Assembly (NCBI GenBank): GCA_902462015.1
Contig: CABPZV010000002.1
Span: 1 to 45,745, forward strand
Direction: 5' to 3'
Length of the DNA stretch: 45,745 bases
From: an uncultured Eubacteriales bacterium
GTDB taxonomy: Bacteria > Bacillota > Clostridia > Oscillospirales > CAG-272
Both the position numbers and the translations under genes were made by a program. Positions 26,757 through 37,226 of the stretch are shown here, piece after piece (the first letter of the stretch is position 1; the number at the start of each line of letters is the position of its first letter). A model generated the notes under the pieces. It was not told the DNA's origin. It ran no database searches and saw only the letters and a program-made list of their open reading frames with translations.

Positions 26757-29700
26757 TGGTCTACAGAGTATTTGTTGAAAAGAAAAAAGAGCTTGCATAT
26801 GAAGCGTTGTCTCTATGCTCGGACATTCGTAATTTACTCGGAATAGAATCTTTGACTGGTGTTCGCGTTGTCAACCGTTATGACGCCGAAAATATCTCAA
26901 AAGAACTTTTTGAGTATGCCAAAAAAACTGTTTTTTCAGAGCCGCAGCTTGATATAGTCTCTGAGAAACTGGATACAGACGGAGCTATATCGTTCGCAGT
27001 GGAATATCTCCCGGGACAGTTTGATCAGCGGGCTGATTCCGCAGCGCAGTGTATTCAGATTATTTCTAAGGGAGACAGACCTCTCATACGTACTGCAAAG
27101 ATTTATGTCCTTTATGGTAATATAACTGAAAAACAGTTTGCAGATATAAAAAAATATGTAATCAATCCTGTCGAGTCAAGAGAAGCTGTTTTTGAAAAGC
27201 CTGAGACGCTTTGCGTAAAATATGATATTCCAACAGAAGTTAAAACACTTAACGGTTTTATTTCGCTTGACCGCAGCGGACTTGAGAAGTTTGTAAGAGA
27301 ATACGGTCTAGCAATGGATACAGACGATATAGCCTTTTGTCAGGACTATTTTAAATCCGAGTGCCGTGACCCTACTATTACTGAGATCAGAATGATAGAC
27401 ACATACTGGTCGGATCATTGCCGCCATACAACGTTTTTGACTGTAATCGACAGTGTTAAATTTGAAGATGAACTGCTTCAGAGCGCATATAATGACTATA
27501 TAGCTGTACGCCATGAGCTCGGAAGAACAAAGCCGGTATGCCTCATGGATCTTGCCACTATAGCGGTTAAATATCTTAAAGCACACGGAAAGCTTGACAA
27601 ATTAGATGAATCTGAAGAGATTAACGCATGCACTGTAAAGGTTGATATTCAGCTTGACGGGAAAACCGAGCCCTGGCTGCTTCTTTTTAAAAATGAAACG
27701 CATAACCATCCGACGGAGATTGAACCTTTCGGAGGAGCAGCAACATGCATCGGAGGAGCAATTCGCGATCCCCTCTCCGGCCGGGCATATGTTTACGGAG
27801 CAATGCGTGTAACCGGAGCGGCCGATCCTTTAAGACCTGTCGCGGAAACTATGAAGGGAAAGCTTCCTCAGCGTAAAATCGTAACTACAGCTGCTGCAGG
27901 CTATTCTTCGTACGGAAATCAGATTGGACTTGCTACAGGCATTGTCGATGAGATTTATCATCCGGGATATGCAGCGAAGCGAATGGAAATAGGCGCTGTT
28001 ATCGCCGCGGCTCCGGCTGAAAATGTCCGCCGCGAACGTCCGGCTCCCGGAGATGTTGTGATCCTTCTCGGCGGAAGTACCGGGCGCGACGGGTGCGGCG
28101 GAGCGACCGGATCGTCAAAGTCACATAATGCACAGTCGCTTGAAACATGCGGCGCGGAGGTGCAGAAAGGTAATGCGCCAGAGGAGAGAAAGCTTCAAAG
28201 ATTTTTCAGAAACCGCGATGTCTGCAGAATGATAAAGCGATGCAATGATTTTGGAGCAGGTGGAGTATCGGTTGCAATAGGAGAGCTTGCAGACGGACTT
28301 GATATAGATCTTAACGCTGTGCCTAAGAAATATGAGGGTCTTGACGGAACTGAGCTTGCTATCAGCGAATCTCAGGAAAGAATGGCCGTGGTTATAGAGC
28401 CCCAAAACGTAGATGCTTTTCTAAAACTGGCAGAAACAGAAAATCTGCAGGCGTGTCCGGTAGCAAAAGTTAAAGAAGAAGCACGGCTGACAATGACCTG
28501 GAATGGCAGAAAAATTGTCGATATCAGCCGCGAATTCCTAAATTCAAACGGAGCGGAAAAACATATTGATATCGTGCCTGCCGCGCCTGCCCTTACAGAA
28601 AAAAAAGCTGACGGGGGATTTGAGGAAAATTATAAAAGACTTGCGTCTGATCTTAATATCTGCTCTAAAAGAGGACTTTCTGAACGTTTTGACTCTACAA
28701 TCGGAGCAGGAACTGTTCTTATGCCCTTCGGAGGAAAAAATCAGCTGACACCTATACAGGCAATGGTTCAGAAAATCTCCGCTGAAAAGAAGCACACAGA
28801 TGACTGCTCATTAATGTCATTTGGTTATAATCCTTTTATAACCGAACAAAGTCCGTATCACGGTGCATATCTTGCGGTCGTAGAATCTGTCTGCAAACTG
28901 ATTGCCTCCGGTGCGTCATTCAAAGATGTATACCTAACTTTCCAAGAGTATTTTGAACGTCCCGGAAAAGATCCCACAAGATGGGGAAAACCGTTTGCAG
29001 CGCTTCTCGGTGCTTTTCGGGCACAAATGGAGCTTGGAATAGGCGCTATAGGGGGAAAGGACTCAATGAGCGGATCCTTTGAATCGCTTGATGTGCCTCC
29101 GACACTTGTCTCGTTTGCGGTGACAACAGAGAAAGTACATAATATTGTTTCGCCGGAATTTAAGAGGGCAGGAAACTGTGTTGTCATTATAGAACCTGAA
29201 TTTGATGAAAACAATCTTCCGAAAGCAGAATCCCTTCTTAATGTTTTTGAAAAGGTGACTTTGCTTCTTCGCTCCGGCAAGGCTGTATCGTGCTACACGC
29301 CGGGAATGGGCGGAATAGGTGAAGCAGTAATGAAAATGGCCTTCGGAAACGGTCTTGGTTTCCGCTTTTCAGACAGCGTTTCAGTTCAGGATATTTTTGG
29401 ATACAGATACGCATCGTTTATTCTCGAAATTGAAGGCGACTGCGAAGAAAAACTTCTTGGTATTATTACAGACGATGGACAGATCAGCTTAGGAACTGAA
29501 AAAATTCCGCTTTCCGGACTTCTTGCAGATTATGAAAATAAGCTTGAAGAAGTCTTCAGCTGTAATATAGAAAATGAAAAAGGAAGAATGAAAAACTTCT
29601 CCTATAAATCCGGGAAAAGATGTTCCCCTGCAATTAAGTCTGTCAAACCTAAAATTTTGATTCCTGCTTTTCCAGGGACCAACTGCGAATATGACAGTGC

Positions 29701-30442
29701 CAAAGCAGTTAGAGATGCCGGAGCAGAACCGGAAATTATAGTCATCAACAACCTCTGCGCGGACGGAATTTCCGCAAGTGTTGAAAAATTTGCCGCTGAG
29801 CTTAAAACAGCGCAGATGATTTTTATTCCGGGAGGCTTTTCAGGAGGCGACGAACCCGACGGCAGCGGAAAATTTATTACTGCATTTTTCCGTAATGCTG
29901 AAATAAAAGACGGCGTGGCCGATTTGCTGGAAAAACGAGACGGGCTGATTTGCGGTATATGCAACGGCTTTCAGGCGCTTATTAAACTCGGACTGGTTCC
30001 GTACGGAAGAATCATTGACACAGACGAGAGCTGCCCGACACTTACATACAACACAATTGCAAGACATCAATCGAGGATTGTCCGGACAAGAATTGCGTCT
30101 AACAAATCTCCGTGGCTGTCAATGACAGATGTTGGAGATGTATACAGCGTTCCTGTTTCACACGGAGAAGGACGTTTTATTGCAAGCGAAGATCTGATTT
30201 TAAAGCTTGCTGAAAATGGTCAGATAGCAACACAGTATGTTGATTTCGAAAATAATGCAACGTCAGATATTCATTTTAATCCCAACGGTTCGATGTATGC
30301 AATTGAGGGAATCACATCTCCGGATGGAAGAGTTTTCGGCAAGATGGGACATAGTGAAAGAATCGGTGACGGTTTATATAAAAATGTTCCGGGAAATTAT
30401 AATATTCACATGTTTGAGGCAGCAGTGCATTATTTTAGGTAA
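26756..30442 (+). CDS. purL: phosphoribosylformylglycinamidine synthase, single-chain large form
   Basis: 1228 aa. The ATG overlaps the purD stop (TGATG). FGAM synthetase domains plus a C-terminal glutaminase (GICNGFQAL, SHGEGRF). Confidence 0.95.
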   Translation: MVYRVFVEKKKELAYEALSLCSDIRNLLGIESLTGVRVVNRYDAENISKELFEYAKKTVFSEPQLDIVSEKLDTDGAISFAVEYLPGQFDQRADSAAQCIQIISKGDRPLIRTAKIYVLYGNITEKQFADIKKYVINPVESREAVFEKPETLCVKYDIPTEVKTLNGFISLDRSGLEKFVREYGLAMDTDDIAFCQDYFKSECRDPTITEIRMIDTYWSDHCRHTTFLTVIDSVKFEDELLQSAYNDYIAVRHELGRTKPVCLMDLATIAVKYLKAHGKLDKLDESEEINACTVKVDIQLDGKTEPWLLLFKNETHNHPTEIEPFGGAATCIGGAIRDPLSGRAYVYGAMRVTGAADPLRPVAETMKGKLPQRKIVTTAAAGYSSYGNQIGLATGIVDEIYHPGYAAKRMEIGAVIAAAPAENVRRERPAPGDVVILLGGSTGRDGCGGATGSSKSHNAQSLETCGAEVQKGNAPEERKLQRFFRNRDVCRMIKRCNDFGAGGVSVAIGELADGLDIDLNAVPKKYEGLDGTELAISESQERMAVVIEPQNVDAFLKLAETENLQACPVAKVKEEARLTMTWNGRKIVDISREFLNSNGAEKHIDIVPAAPALTEKKADGGFEENYKRLASDLNICSKRGLSERFDSTIGAGTVLMPFGGKNQLTPIQAMVQKISAEKKHTDDCSLMSFGYNPFITEQSPYHGAYLAVVESVCKLIASGASFKDVYLTFQEYFERPGKDPTRWGKPFAALLGAFRAQMELGIGAIGGKDSMSGSFESLDVPPTLVSFAVTTEKVHNIVSPEFKRAGNCVVIIEPEFDENNLPKAESLLNVFEKVTLLLRSGKAVSCYTPGMGGIGEAVMKMAFGNGLGFRFSDSVSVQDIFGYRYASFILEIEGDCEEKLLGIITDDGQISLGTEKIPLSGLLADYENKLEEVFSCNIENEKGRMKNFSYKSGKRCSPAIKSVKPKILIPAFPGTNCEYDSAKAVRDAGAEPEIIVINNLCADGISASVEKFAAELKTAQMIFIPGGFSGGDEPDGSGKFITAFFRNAEIKDGVADLLEKRDGLICGICNGFQALIKLGLVPYGRIIDTDESCPTLTYNTIARHQSRIVRTRIASNKSPWLSMTDVGDVYSVPVSHGEGRFIASEDLILKLAENGQIATQYVDFENNATSDIHFNPNGSMYAIEGITSPDGRVFGKMGHSERIGDGLYKNVPGNYNIHMFEAAVHYFR

Positions 30443-30551
30443 ATTGTTAATATACATCATGCAATTGCATATATAATAATGTTGTTATCACCCAGACGGT
30501 GAAATTTTTCACAAACTGTATAGGCCGTTTCAGACGGTGAGAGGTATTATA

Positions 30552-32228
30552 ATGTCATATAAAACCGATATAGAAATTGCTCAGGAATGTAAATTAAAAC
30601 CCATAGATGAAATTGCTGAAAAAGCACATATCCAGAAAAAATATATTGAACAGTACGGGAGATATAAGGCAAAAATCGATCCGTCTCTCATAAATGAAAC
30701 CGACCGGAAAAATGGTAAGCTGATTCTTGTAACCGCAATTACTCCAACGCCGGCAGGAGAGGGTAAAACTACTACGACAATCGGACTGGCAGATGGTCTT
30801 TCCCGAATCGGCAAGGACGTTACAGTCGCCTTGAGAGAGCCGTCGCTCGGACCTGTTTTCGGTGTGAAGGGCGGCGCGGCCGGAGGAGGATATGCTCAGG
30901 TTGTGCCGATGGAGGATATCAATCTTCACTTTACAGGAGACTTTCACGCAATCGGCGCGGCAAACAATTTACTTTCCGCTATGCTTGACAATCATATCCA
31001 GCAGGGAAACGCGTTAAACATCGACGTCCGAAAAGTAACCTGGAAACGCTGTGTGGATATGAATGATAGGCAGCTTCGGTTTATTGTTGACGGGTTAGGC
31101 GGCAAGTTTAACGGTGTTCCCCGGGAAGACGGATTTGATATCACTGTTGCAAGCGAAGTAATGGCGGTGTTTTGCCTTTCGGATTCAATCAGCGATTTAA
31201 AAAACAGACTTTCTAAAATCGTCGTAGGCTATACTTATGATGATAAACCGGTAACTGCTGGAGATCTTAAAGCAGTGGGTGCGATGACCGCTCTGCTTAA
31301 AGACGCTCTTAAGCCAAATCTTGTTCAAACACTTGAGGGAACGCCGGCTTTTGTTCATGGCGGTCCCTTTGCAAACATTGCACATGGCTGTAATTCTGTT
31401 ATGGCTACAAGGCTTGCTCTCAAGCTGGGCGATTACACAGTAACAGAAGCTGGTTTCGGAGCGGATCTCGGAGCAGAAAAATTTCTCGATATAAAATGCC
31501 GCCTTGCTGGACTTAAGCCTGACGCAGTCGTTATTGTCTCAACAGTGAGGGCGCTCAAAATGCACGGCGGACTTGCAAAGAATGAACTTTCTTCTGAGGA
31601 TATCAAAGCTCTTGAAAAGGGAATTCCGAATCTCCTCCGGCATGTTTCCAATATAAAAAATGTATATAAGCTTCCGTGTGTTGTAGCTGTCAACCGTTTT
31701 CCGACAGATACCGACCGGGAAATTGACTTTATTATTGAAAAATGCCGCGATCTCGGTGTAAATGCTGTGCTTTCGACCGTCTGGTCTGATGGCGGCCGAG
31801 GCGGAGAAACACTTGCACATGAGGTTGTAAAGTTATGCGATGAGAAAAATTCAGATTTTTCATTCGCATATAACCTTGATAATTCCATTGAAGAAAAAAT
31901 CGAAGAGGTAGTAAAGAAGATTTACGGCGGAGACGGAATCGTTGTTACGCCTGCGGCACAAAAACAGATAGAACAGCTTACTGCCCTCGGATTTGATAAA
32001 TTGCCTGTCTGTATTGCGAAAACACAGTACAGCTTTTCAGATGATCCCGCAAAACTCGGAGCTCCAAGCGGATTTAAAATAACCGTAAAATCCGTAAAGG
32101 TATCTGCAGGCGCAGGATTTATCGTCGTTCTTACAGGAGATATCCTTACGATGCCGGGACTTCCTAAGTCCCCTGCTGCAGAGCGGATCGACGTTGATGA
32201 TGACGGCAGGATTACAGGTCTCTTTTAA
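30552..32228 (+). CDS. fhs: formate-tetrahydrofolate ligase
   Basis: [12 protein letters not shown]... start at 30552. [16 protein letters not shown]-loop signature; ~558 aa. Confidence 0.95.
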   Translation: MSYKTDIEIAQECKLKPIDEIAEKAHIQKKYIEQYGRYKAKIDPSLINETDRKNGKLILVTAITPTPAGEGKTTTTIGLADGLSRIGKDVTVALREPSLGPVFGVKGGAAGGGYAQVVPMEDINLHFTGDFHAIGAANNLLSAMLDNHIQQGNALNIDVRKVTWKRCVDMNDRQLRFIVDGLGGKFNGVPREDGFDITVASEVMAVFCLSDSISDLKNRLSKIVVGYTYDDKPVTAGDLKAVGAMTALLKDALKPNLVQTLEGTPAFVHGGPFANIAHGCNSVMATRLALKLGDYTVTEAGFGADLGAEKFLDIKCRLAGLKPDAVVIVSTVRALKMHGGLAKNELSSEDIKALEKGIPNLLRHVSNIKNVYKLPCVVAVNRFPTDTDREIDFIIEKCRDLGVNAVLSTVWSDGGRGGETLAHEVVKLCDEKNSDFSFAYNLDNSIEEKIEEVVKKIYGGDGIVVTPAAQKQIEQLTALGFDKLPVCIAKTQYSFSDDPAKLGAPSGFKITVKSVKVSAGAGFIVVLTGDILTMPGLPKSPAAERIDVDDDGRITGLF

Positions 32229-32500
32229 TCCATAAAAAGCTGAACTTCAGTTTTCATATATATATTCAATCAGCTCTTTTGATTTTGCTGCGCTTTTTAA
32301 ATAAATAAAAACACATCGGCAAACTGCTTTTTGTTCTTTATCTGTCAGATAATGACCGTTATAACTGACATTGTAAAAACATATAGTTTCTACCGGTGTG
32401 TTTTATTCTCTATATACCTGAATTTATCGTTTATAATTTAAAATTTTAGCTTGCTGCTTAAACAGACGTCTCTTTAAATGAATGCTGTATCTCCTTTGAT

Positions 32501-33826
32501 TTATTTATGTCTAAATTCATTATATATTGCTTCGATTGCTGCTTCGAGGTCATTCTCTTTAACACCGAGAATAATATTAAGCTCACTCGATCCCTGATCA
32601 ATCATGACAAGGTTTATATCAGCTTTTGCAATTGCTCCAATCGTGCGAGCAGCAGTTCCCTTTGCGCTTCTCATTCCGCGTCCTACAACAGCTATAAGTG
32701 CTATTTCATCCTCTATAAAAACGCTGTCCGGATTCACGGCATCACAGAGAATACGCAGTATATTGTCGTGCCTTCCTTCAATCGCCTTTTCAGACAAAAT
32801 TATGCTGAGTGTATCAATTCCGGACGGCAGATGCTCAAATGAAATATTTTCTTGTTCCAGGGCGGACAGTACCTTGCGAGCAAATCCAACCTCGGAGTTC
32901 ATCATATCCTTTTCTATGGTAATCGAACAAAAACCCTTTTTACCTGCTATACCTGTTATAATATTATCACGCTCTGAATCATGACATGAGGCGACAATCA
33001 TGGTACCGTTATCCTGAGGACTATTTGTATTCCTTATATTAATAGGAATGCCCATCAGTCTGACCGGAAAAATCGCATCCTCATGAAGAACTGTAGCACC
33101 CATATATGAAAGTTCGCGCAATTCATTATATGTGATTACATCAATGACATCCGGATTATCTACAATGCGCGGATCCGCCATTAAAACGCCGGAAACATCC
33201 GTCCAGTTTTCGTATATAACAGAATTTGTTGACCGTGCAACAATAGCGCCGGTTATATCAGAGCCTCCCCGGGAAAAAGTACGGATAGTATCGTTGGGCA
33301 TTGATCCGTAAAAACCTGGAATTACCGCGTGCGTCACATTTTTGAGTCTTTCACCCATTATAGTATAGGTTTTGTCACAGTCAAGCTGGCCGTTTTCGTT
33401 AAAGAAGATAATTTCACGCGCATCAATAAATTCAAAATCAAGATATTTTGCAAGAATTTTTGCATTGAGATATTCTCCCCGGCTCGCCGTATAATCACGT
33501 CCTGCATTATGGATTACCGACATCTTGATTTTTTTAAATTCATCATCAAGCGCAAAATTTACGCCAAGACCGGACACAATGGCACGGTATCTTTCCTCAA
33601 GCTGCGCAAATATTTTATCTATATTATCTCCCTTTGCCGCAAGTTCGTAACATTCATATAATTTATCGGTTATTTTAAAATCGTCCGAATTACGTTTTCC
33701 CGGAGCGGAAGCAACAACATATCTTCTGTCTGAATCTGCTTTAATTATTTCTGTTACTTTTTCAAACTGTTCAGCGCTGGCCAGTGAACTTCCTCCGAAC
33801 TTAGCTGTTTTAATATTCTTGTGCAT
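32501..33826 (-). CDS. aspartate kinase
   Basis: 441 aa. KFGGSSLAS N-terminal kinase motif, SRGGSDITGA, C-terminal ACT-like repeats. RBS AGAGGGGA. Confidence 0.85.
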   Translation of the reverse strand: MHKNIKTAKFGGSSLASAEQFEKVTEIIKADSDRRYVVASAPGKRNSDDFKITDKLYECYELAAKGDNIDKIFAQLEERYRAIVSGLGVNFALDDEFKKIKMSVIHNAGRDYTASRGEYLNAKILAKYLDFEFIDAREIIFFNENGQLDCDKTYTIMGERLKNVTHAVIPGFYGSMPNDTIRTFSRGGSDITGAIVARSTNSVIYENWTDVSGVLMADPRIVDNPDVIDVITYNELRELSYMGATVLHEDAIFPVRLMGIPINIRNTNSPQDNGTMIVASCHDSERDNIITGIAGKKGFCSITIEKDMMNSEVGFARKVLSALEQENISFEHLPSGIDTLSIILSEKAIEGRHDNILRILCDAVNPDSVFIEDEIALIAVVGRGMRSAKGTAARTIGAIAKADINLVMIDQGSSELNIILGVKENDLEAAIEAIYNEFRHK

Positions 33827-33972
33827 TAGGAAAAATCCCCTCTTTTTAATATATTACATACCTTGTCAAAATTTGACTCTCCATAATATTATATTCAAAT
33901 TTTGCTGTTCTGTCAATGCTTAAAGGGAATGAAAACACGATTCACATGTTATGATTGATTATCTAAAAAATC

Positions 33973-34001
33973 TTGACTCAAAACCAAAAATATGATATAC
34001 T
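33973..34001 (+). promoter_or_regulatory. sigma-A promoter of typA
   Basis: TTGACT (33973-33978), 17-nt spacer ending in TGA, TATACT (33996-34001). Same architecture as the pyr and pur promoters. Confidence 0.65.
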
Positions 34002-34068
34002 AATCTGTATGTTTTTAGAATAAACATTAAAAAAATATTTTTATCAGACGTAAAAAGAGGGATTTAAA

Positions 34069-35907
34069 TTGCGCAGAGATGATTTGAGGAATATAGCAAT
34101 AATAGCACATGTCGACCACGGTAAAACAACACTTGTTGACGAAATGCTTAAGCAGGGCGGAATCTATCGTGAAAATCAAACTACAGCAGAACGGGTAATG
34201 GATTCAAACGATCTGGAACGTGAACGCGGAATTACAATCCTTGCAAAAAACACCGCTGTACACTATAACGACGTAAAAATAAATATAGTAGATACTCCCG
34301 GTCACGCAGATTTCGGCGGCGAGGTTGAACGTATTCTCAAAATGGTAAATGGAGTTCTGCTTCTCGTTGACGCGGCTGAAGGACCGATGCCACAAACACG
34401 ATTTGTGCTTCAAAAAGCGCTTGAATTAAATCACCGTGTAATTGTAGTAATCAATAAAATTGACAAACCGGACGCGCGGCTTGACGAGGTCGTCGATGAA
34501 GTACTTGAGCTTCTTATGGATCTAAACGCCACAGATGAGCAGCTTGATTCTCCTATGCTGTTTTGCTCAGGACGGGATGGAACAGCATCTCTTTCTCCTC
34601 TTGAAAAGGGAACCGATCTTAAACCGCTTTTCGACACTATTCTCGATTATATTCCGGCGCCCGAGGGAGATGAAAACGGTCCTCTGCAGCTGCTCGTTTC
34701 GTCAATTGATTATAACGAATACGTAGGCCGAATCGGAATCGGACGTATTGAAAGAGGTCAGATAAAGCAAAACCAGGACGCTTTGATCTGCAACTATCAT
34801 TCGGCAGGCACACCGAAGCGCACAAAAATAGTCTCAATTTACCAAATCGACGGACTGCAAAGAATTCCGGTAACAGAAGCAAAGATCGGCGATATTGTGT
34901 GCTTTTCCGGAGCCGAAAATATTACAATCGGAGATACAGTCACATCTGTTGATAATCCCGAACCTCTTGAATTCGTAAAAGTTAGCGAACCTACAATGGA
35001 GATGACATTTTCTGTAAACGATAGTCCATTTGCAGGCCGTGAAGGAAAATATGTTACTTCCAGACAGCTTCGCGAAAGATTGTATAAGGAGCTCCTGAAA
35101 GATGTTTCTCTCCGCGTCAAGGATGGGGAAACGACAGATTCGTTTAATGTTTCCGGACGCGGCGAAATGCATTTATCTATTCTTATCGAAACAATGCGCC
35201 GAGAGGGTTACGAGCTTTGCTGTTCCACTCCTCGCGTACTGTACAAAGAAATAGACGGTGTAAAAAACGAACCGATGGAGCTTGTCTTTATTGATGTTCC
35301 GTCCGATTATGTTGGAAGTGTTGTTGAAGAGCTCGGCAGACGCAAAGGTGAGCTTATTAAAATGGAACCAAATTTGACAGGAACACGTATGACAATTGAA
35401 TACTCAATTCCAGCACGCTGTCTATTCGGCTACAGAAGCATGTTTATGACTGCGACACGCGGTGAAGGTATAATTAACTCTGTGTTCGACGGATACCAGC
35501 CATATAAGGGCGATATTACGCTTCGCTGGACCGGTTCGCTTGTTGCCTCCGAGGACGGAGAAACAACGTCTTACGGTCTGTATAATACACAGGAGCGCGG
35601 CAATATGTTTATCGGCCCGGCAACTCCAGTTTACGAGGGAATGATTGTCGGTGAAAGTCCGAAAACCGGAGACATCGCTGTAAACCCATGTAAAAAGAAA
35701 CATCTTACCGCTGTACGTTCATCTGGCGCTGATGAAGCCCTCACTCTTGTTACACCAGTTGTATTCAGCCTTGAAGAGGCAATCGAATTTATTTCGGATG
35801 ATGAACTTATTGAAGTAACACCGAAAAGTATACGTCTCCGCAAGAGAATTCTAAATACCGAGCTTAGGCTTAAAGCTCAGAGCAAAAAGAATAAACAGCA
35901 AAAATAA
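34069..35907 (+). CDS. typA: translational GTPase TypA/BipA
   Basis: 612 aa, TTG start after RBS AGAGGGA. G-domain motifs [21 protein letters not shown]. Confidence 0.95.
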   Translation: MRRDDLRNIAIIAHVDHGKTTLVDEMLKQGGIYRENQTTAERVMDSNDLERERGITILAKNTAVHYNDVKINIVDTPGHADFGGEVERILKMVNGVLLLVDAAEGPMPQTRFVLQKALELNHRVIVVINKIDKPDARLDEVVDEVLELLMDLNATDEQLDSPMLFCSGRDGTASLSPLEKGTDLKPLFDTILDYIPAPEGDENGPLQLLVSSIDYNEYVGRIGIGRIERGQIKQNQDALICNYHSAGTPKRTKIVSIYQIDGLQRIPVTEAKIGDIVCFSGAENITIGDTVTSVDNPEPLEFVKVSEPTMEMTFSVNDSPFAGREGKYVTSRQLRERLYKELLKDVSLRVKDGETTDSFNVSGRGEMHLSILIETMRREGYELCCSTPRVLYKEIDGVKNEPMELVFIDVPSDYVGSVVEELGRRKGELIKMEPNLTGTRMTIEYSIPARCLFGYRSMFMTATRGEGIINSVFDGYQPYKGDITLRWTGSLVASEDGETTSYGLYNTQERGNMFIGPATPVYEGMIVGESPKTGDIAVNPCKKKHLTAVRSSGADEALTLVTPVVFSLEEAIEFISDDELIEVTPKSIRLRKRILNTELRLKAQSKKNKQQK

Positions 35908-35965
35908 AGGGTAGATACCGTTAACGCTTTAAAACTGTCCTTTATCAAAGACTTTCAGTTCTTTT

Positions 35966-35998
35966 AAAAAATTAGCCGCGCCGCCGCGCGGCTTTTGT
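35966..35998. terminator. bidirectional terminator between typA and the island's last gene
   Basis: AGCCGCGC-CGCC-GCGCGGCT (35974-35993), flanked by an A-run (left) and TTTTGTT (right). Confidence 0.75.
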
Positions 35999-36006
35999 TA
36001 TTAAAC

Positions 36007-37137
36007 TCAGTTAAAATAAGTAATTTCAAGAATCTGCGGCTTATCATAGCAATCCCCGGTTGAAATTAAGGAATAGCTGTTTTCATCAGATTTCGGTTTT
36101 AAAACAAAGCCTAATGATTCTATAAAATTCTGTGTTTCACTGTCAACAGTAAATCCTGTAATGTCTATAATATAGTAATTGTCAGTCAATACGGCTTTTG
36201 CTGTGTTTGTTGATCTGCTGTCATTATTGTTCCACGTAGTTCCGATACTGCAAAATCTTCTCATCAAATTATACGCTGTAACCGAAGTGACGTTATTATT
36301 AAGTCTTGGAATTAATAAGCAAATAGATTTTATTCTCTTCAACAATATGTTTCTTATAATGCCATAATCTATTTTGGAAAACAGCCACTGTTCTCCAAAT
36401 TCCTTTCCGCTGCCGATAAGAGCAGATGCCCCATATAGGTTATTTTCATCCGGCCGTCTGTTTTCAACGGTTGTATCCAGCATAAGCTTCTGTTCATACA
36501 TATTACATTCAATTTCAACCGTCTTTATCCTGTCCGAACATTCTATACATATTTCATAATGCCGTTCGTCTATAGCCTTTGTATTAAGTATTATAGAACC
36601 GGGCGTAAAGTCTTCAATGCTTCTGTCCCCTATAACGGAAACTGTAAAAATCGGCGTAATGTCACCCGACATAAAAGAAAAATATTTTTCATTGTATTTA
36701 ACTCCATACGGCATTTCATTTATATCAATATATAATTTAATAAATTTTTCTTTTTCCAAAAGCTTTTTAATTCTGACTCCATTCAGCGTAGGTGTGAGGC
36801 TAACTACCGGACGTCCATTATAAACAGAGCAATTATCTTTTTTTGACATTTCAATATGTACAATACCGCAATTATTCTTTAAACAGATTACATTGCTTCG
36901 CACCAAAATATCTGCATTGCTTCCGGTATGATGTAAACATCCATTTTCCTGCCTGAAACTCAAATTCACAAGTTGACCGTCTGTGATATTAAATATCGGC
37001 ACACTGAAAACGTAGGAAGTTGTAGTTGAATCTTTATTATCTATTTCGAGCATATACCGGTTTAAGAATTTATTTTGACATATAATACTCTCCCTGCCGT
37101 TTCGTATTCGTTTGATTTCATTAATCGGCGAGTCCAT
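36007..37137 (-). CDS. hypothetical protein, leaderless, C-terminal half DNRLRE/CBM96-like
   Basis: 376 aa, strong RBS AGGAGG. No signal peptide (MDSPINEIKRIRNGRES...). DTTVENRRPDENNLYGASALIGSG...WLFSKIDY...IKSICLLIP...VTAYNL...GTTWNNN fits the DNRLRE-domain pattern (DTYV..N.G....KFDL...I.SA.L.L...V..Y....TWNN). Confidence 0.5.
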   Translation of the reverse strand: MDSPINEIKRIRNGRESIICQNKFLNRYMLEIDNKDSTTTSYVFSVPIFNITDGQLVNLSFRQENGCLHHTGSNADILVRSNVICLKNNCGIVHIEMSKKDNCSVYNGRPVVSLTPTLNGVRIKKLLEKEKFIKLYIDINEMPYGVKYNEKYFSFMSGDITPIFTVSVIGDRSIEDFTPGSIILNTKAIDERHYEICIECSDRIKTVEIECNMYEQKLMLDTTVENRRPDENNLYGASALIGSGKEFGEQWLFSKIDYGIIRNILLKRIKSICLLIPRLNNNVTSVTAYNLMRRFCSIGTTWNNNDSRSTNTAKAVLTDNYYIIDITGFTVDSETQNFIESLGFVLKPKSDENSYSLISTGDCYDKPQILEITYFN

Positions 37138-37226
37138 TTTGTACCTCCTGTTATTTACATACGATAAAACCCTATTAATATTAAGAGCTATGCGTAATTC
37201 CGCACAGCTCTTTAATAATAAATTAT

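Noticed and set aside
32308-32404. Long-range complementary arms AAAACACATCGG / CCGGTGTGTTTT between convergent fhs and aspartate kinase
   Set aside because: The ~75-nt intervening loop makes a simple bidirectional terminator unlikely, and the inner stems are weak. I could not support a specific feature call.
33827-34068. Search for a lysine riboswitch or T-box upstream of aspartate kinase (minus strand)
   Set aside because: The region is A+T-rich promoter DNA shared with typA. I found no L-box-like conserved stems and no T-box specifier or terminator structure.
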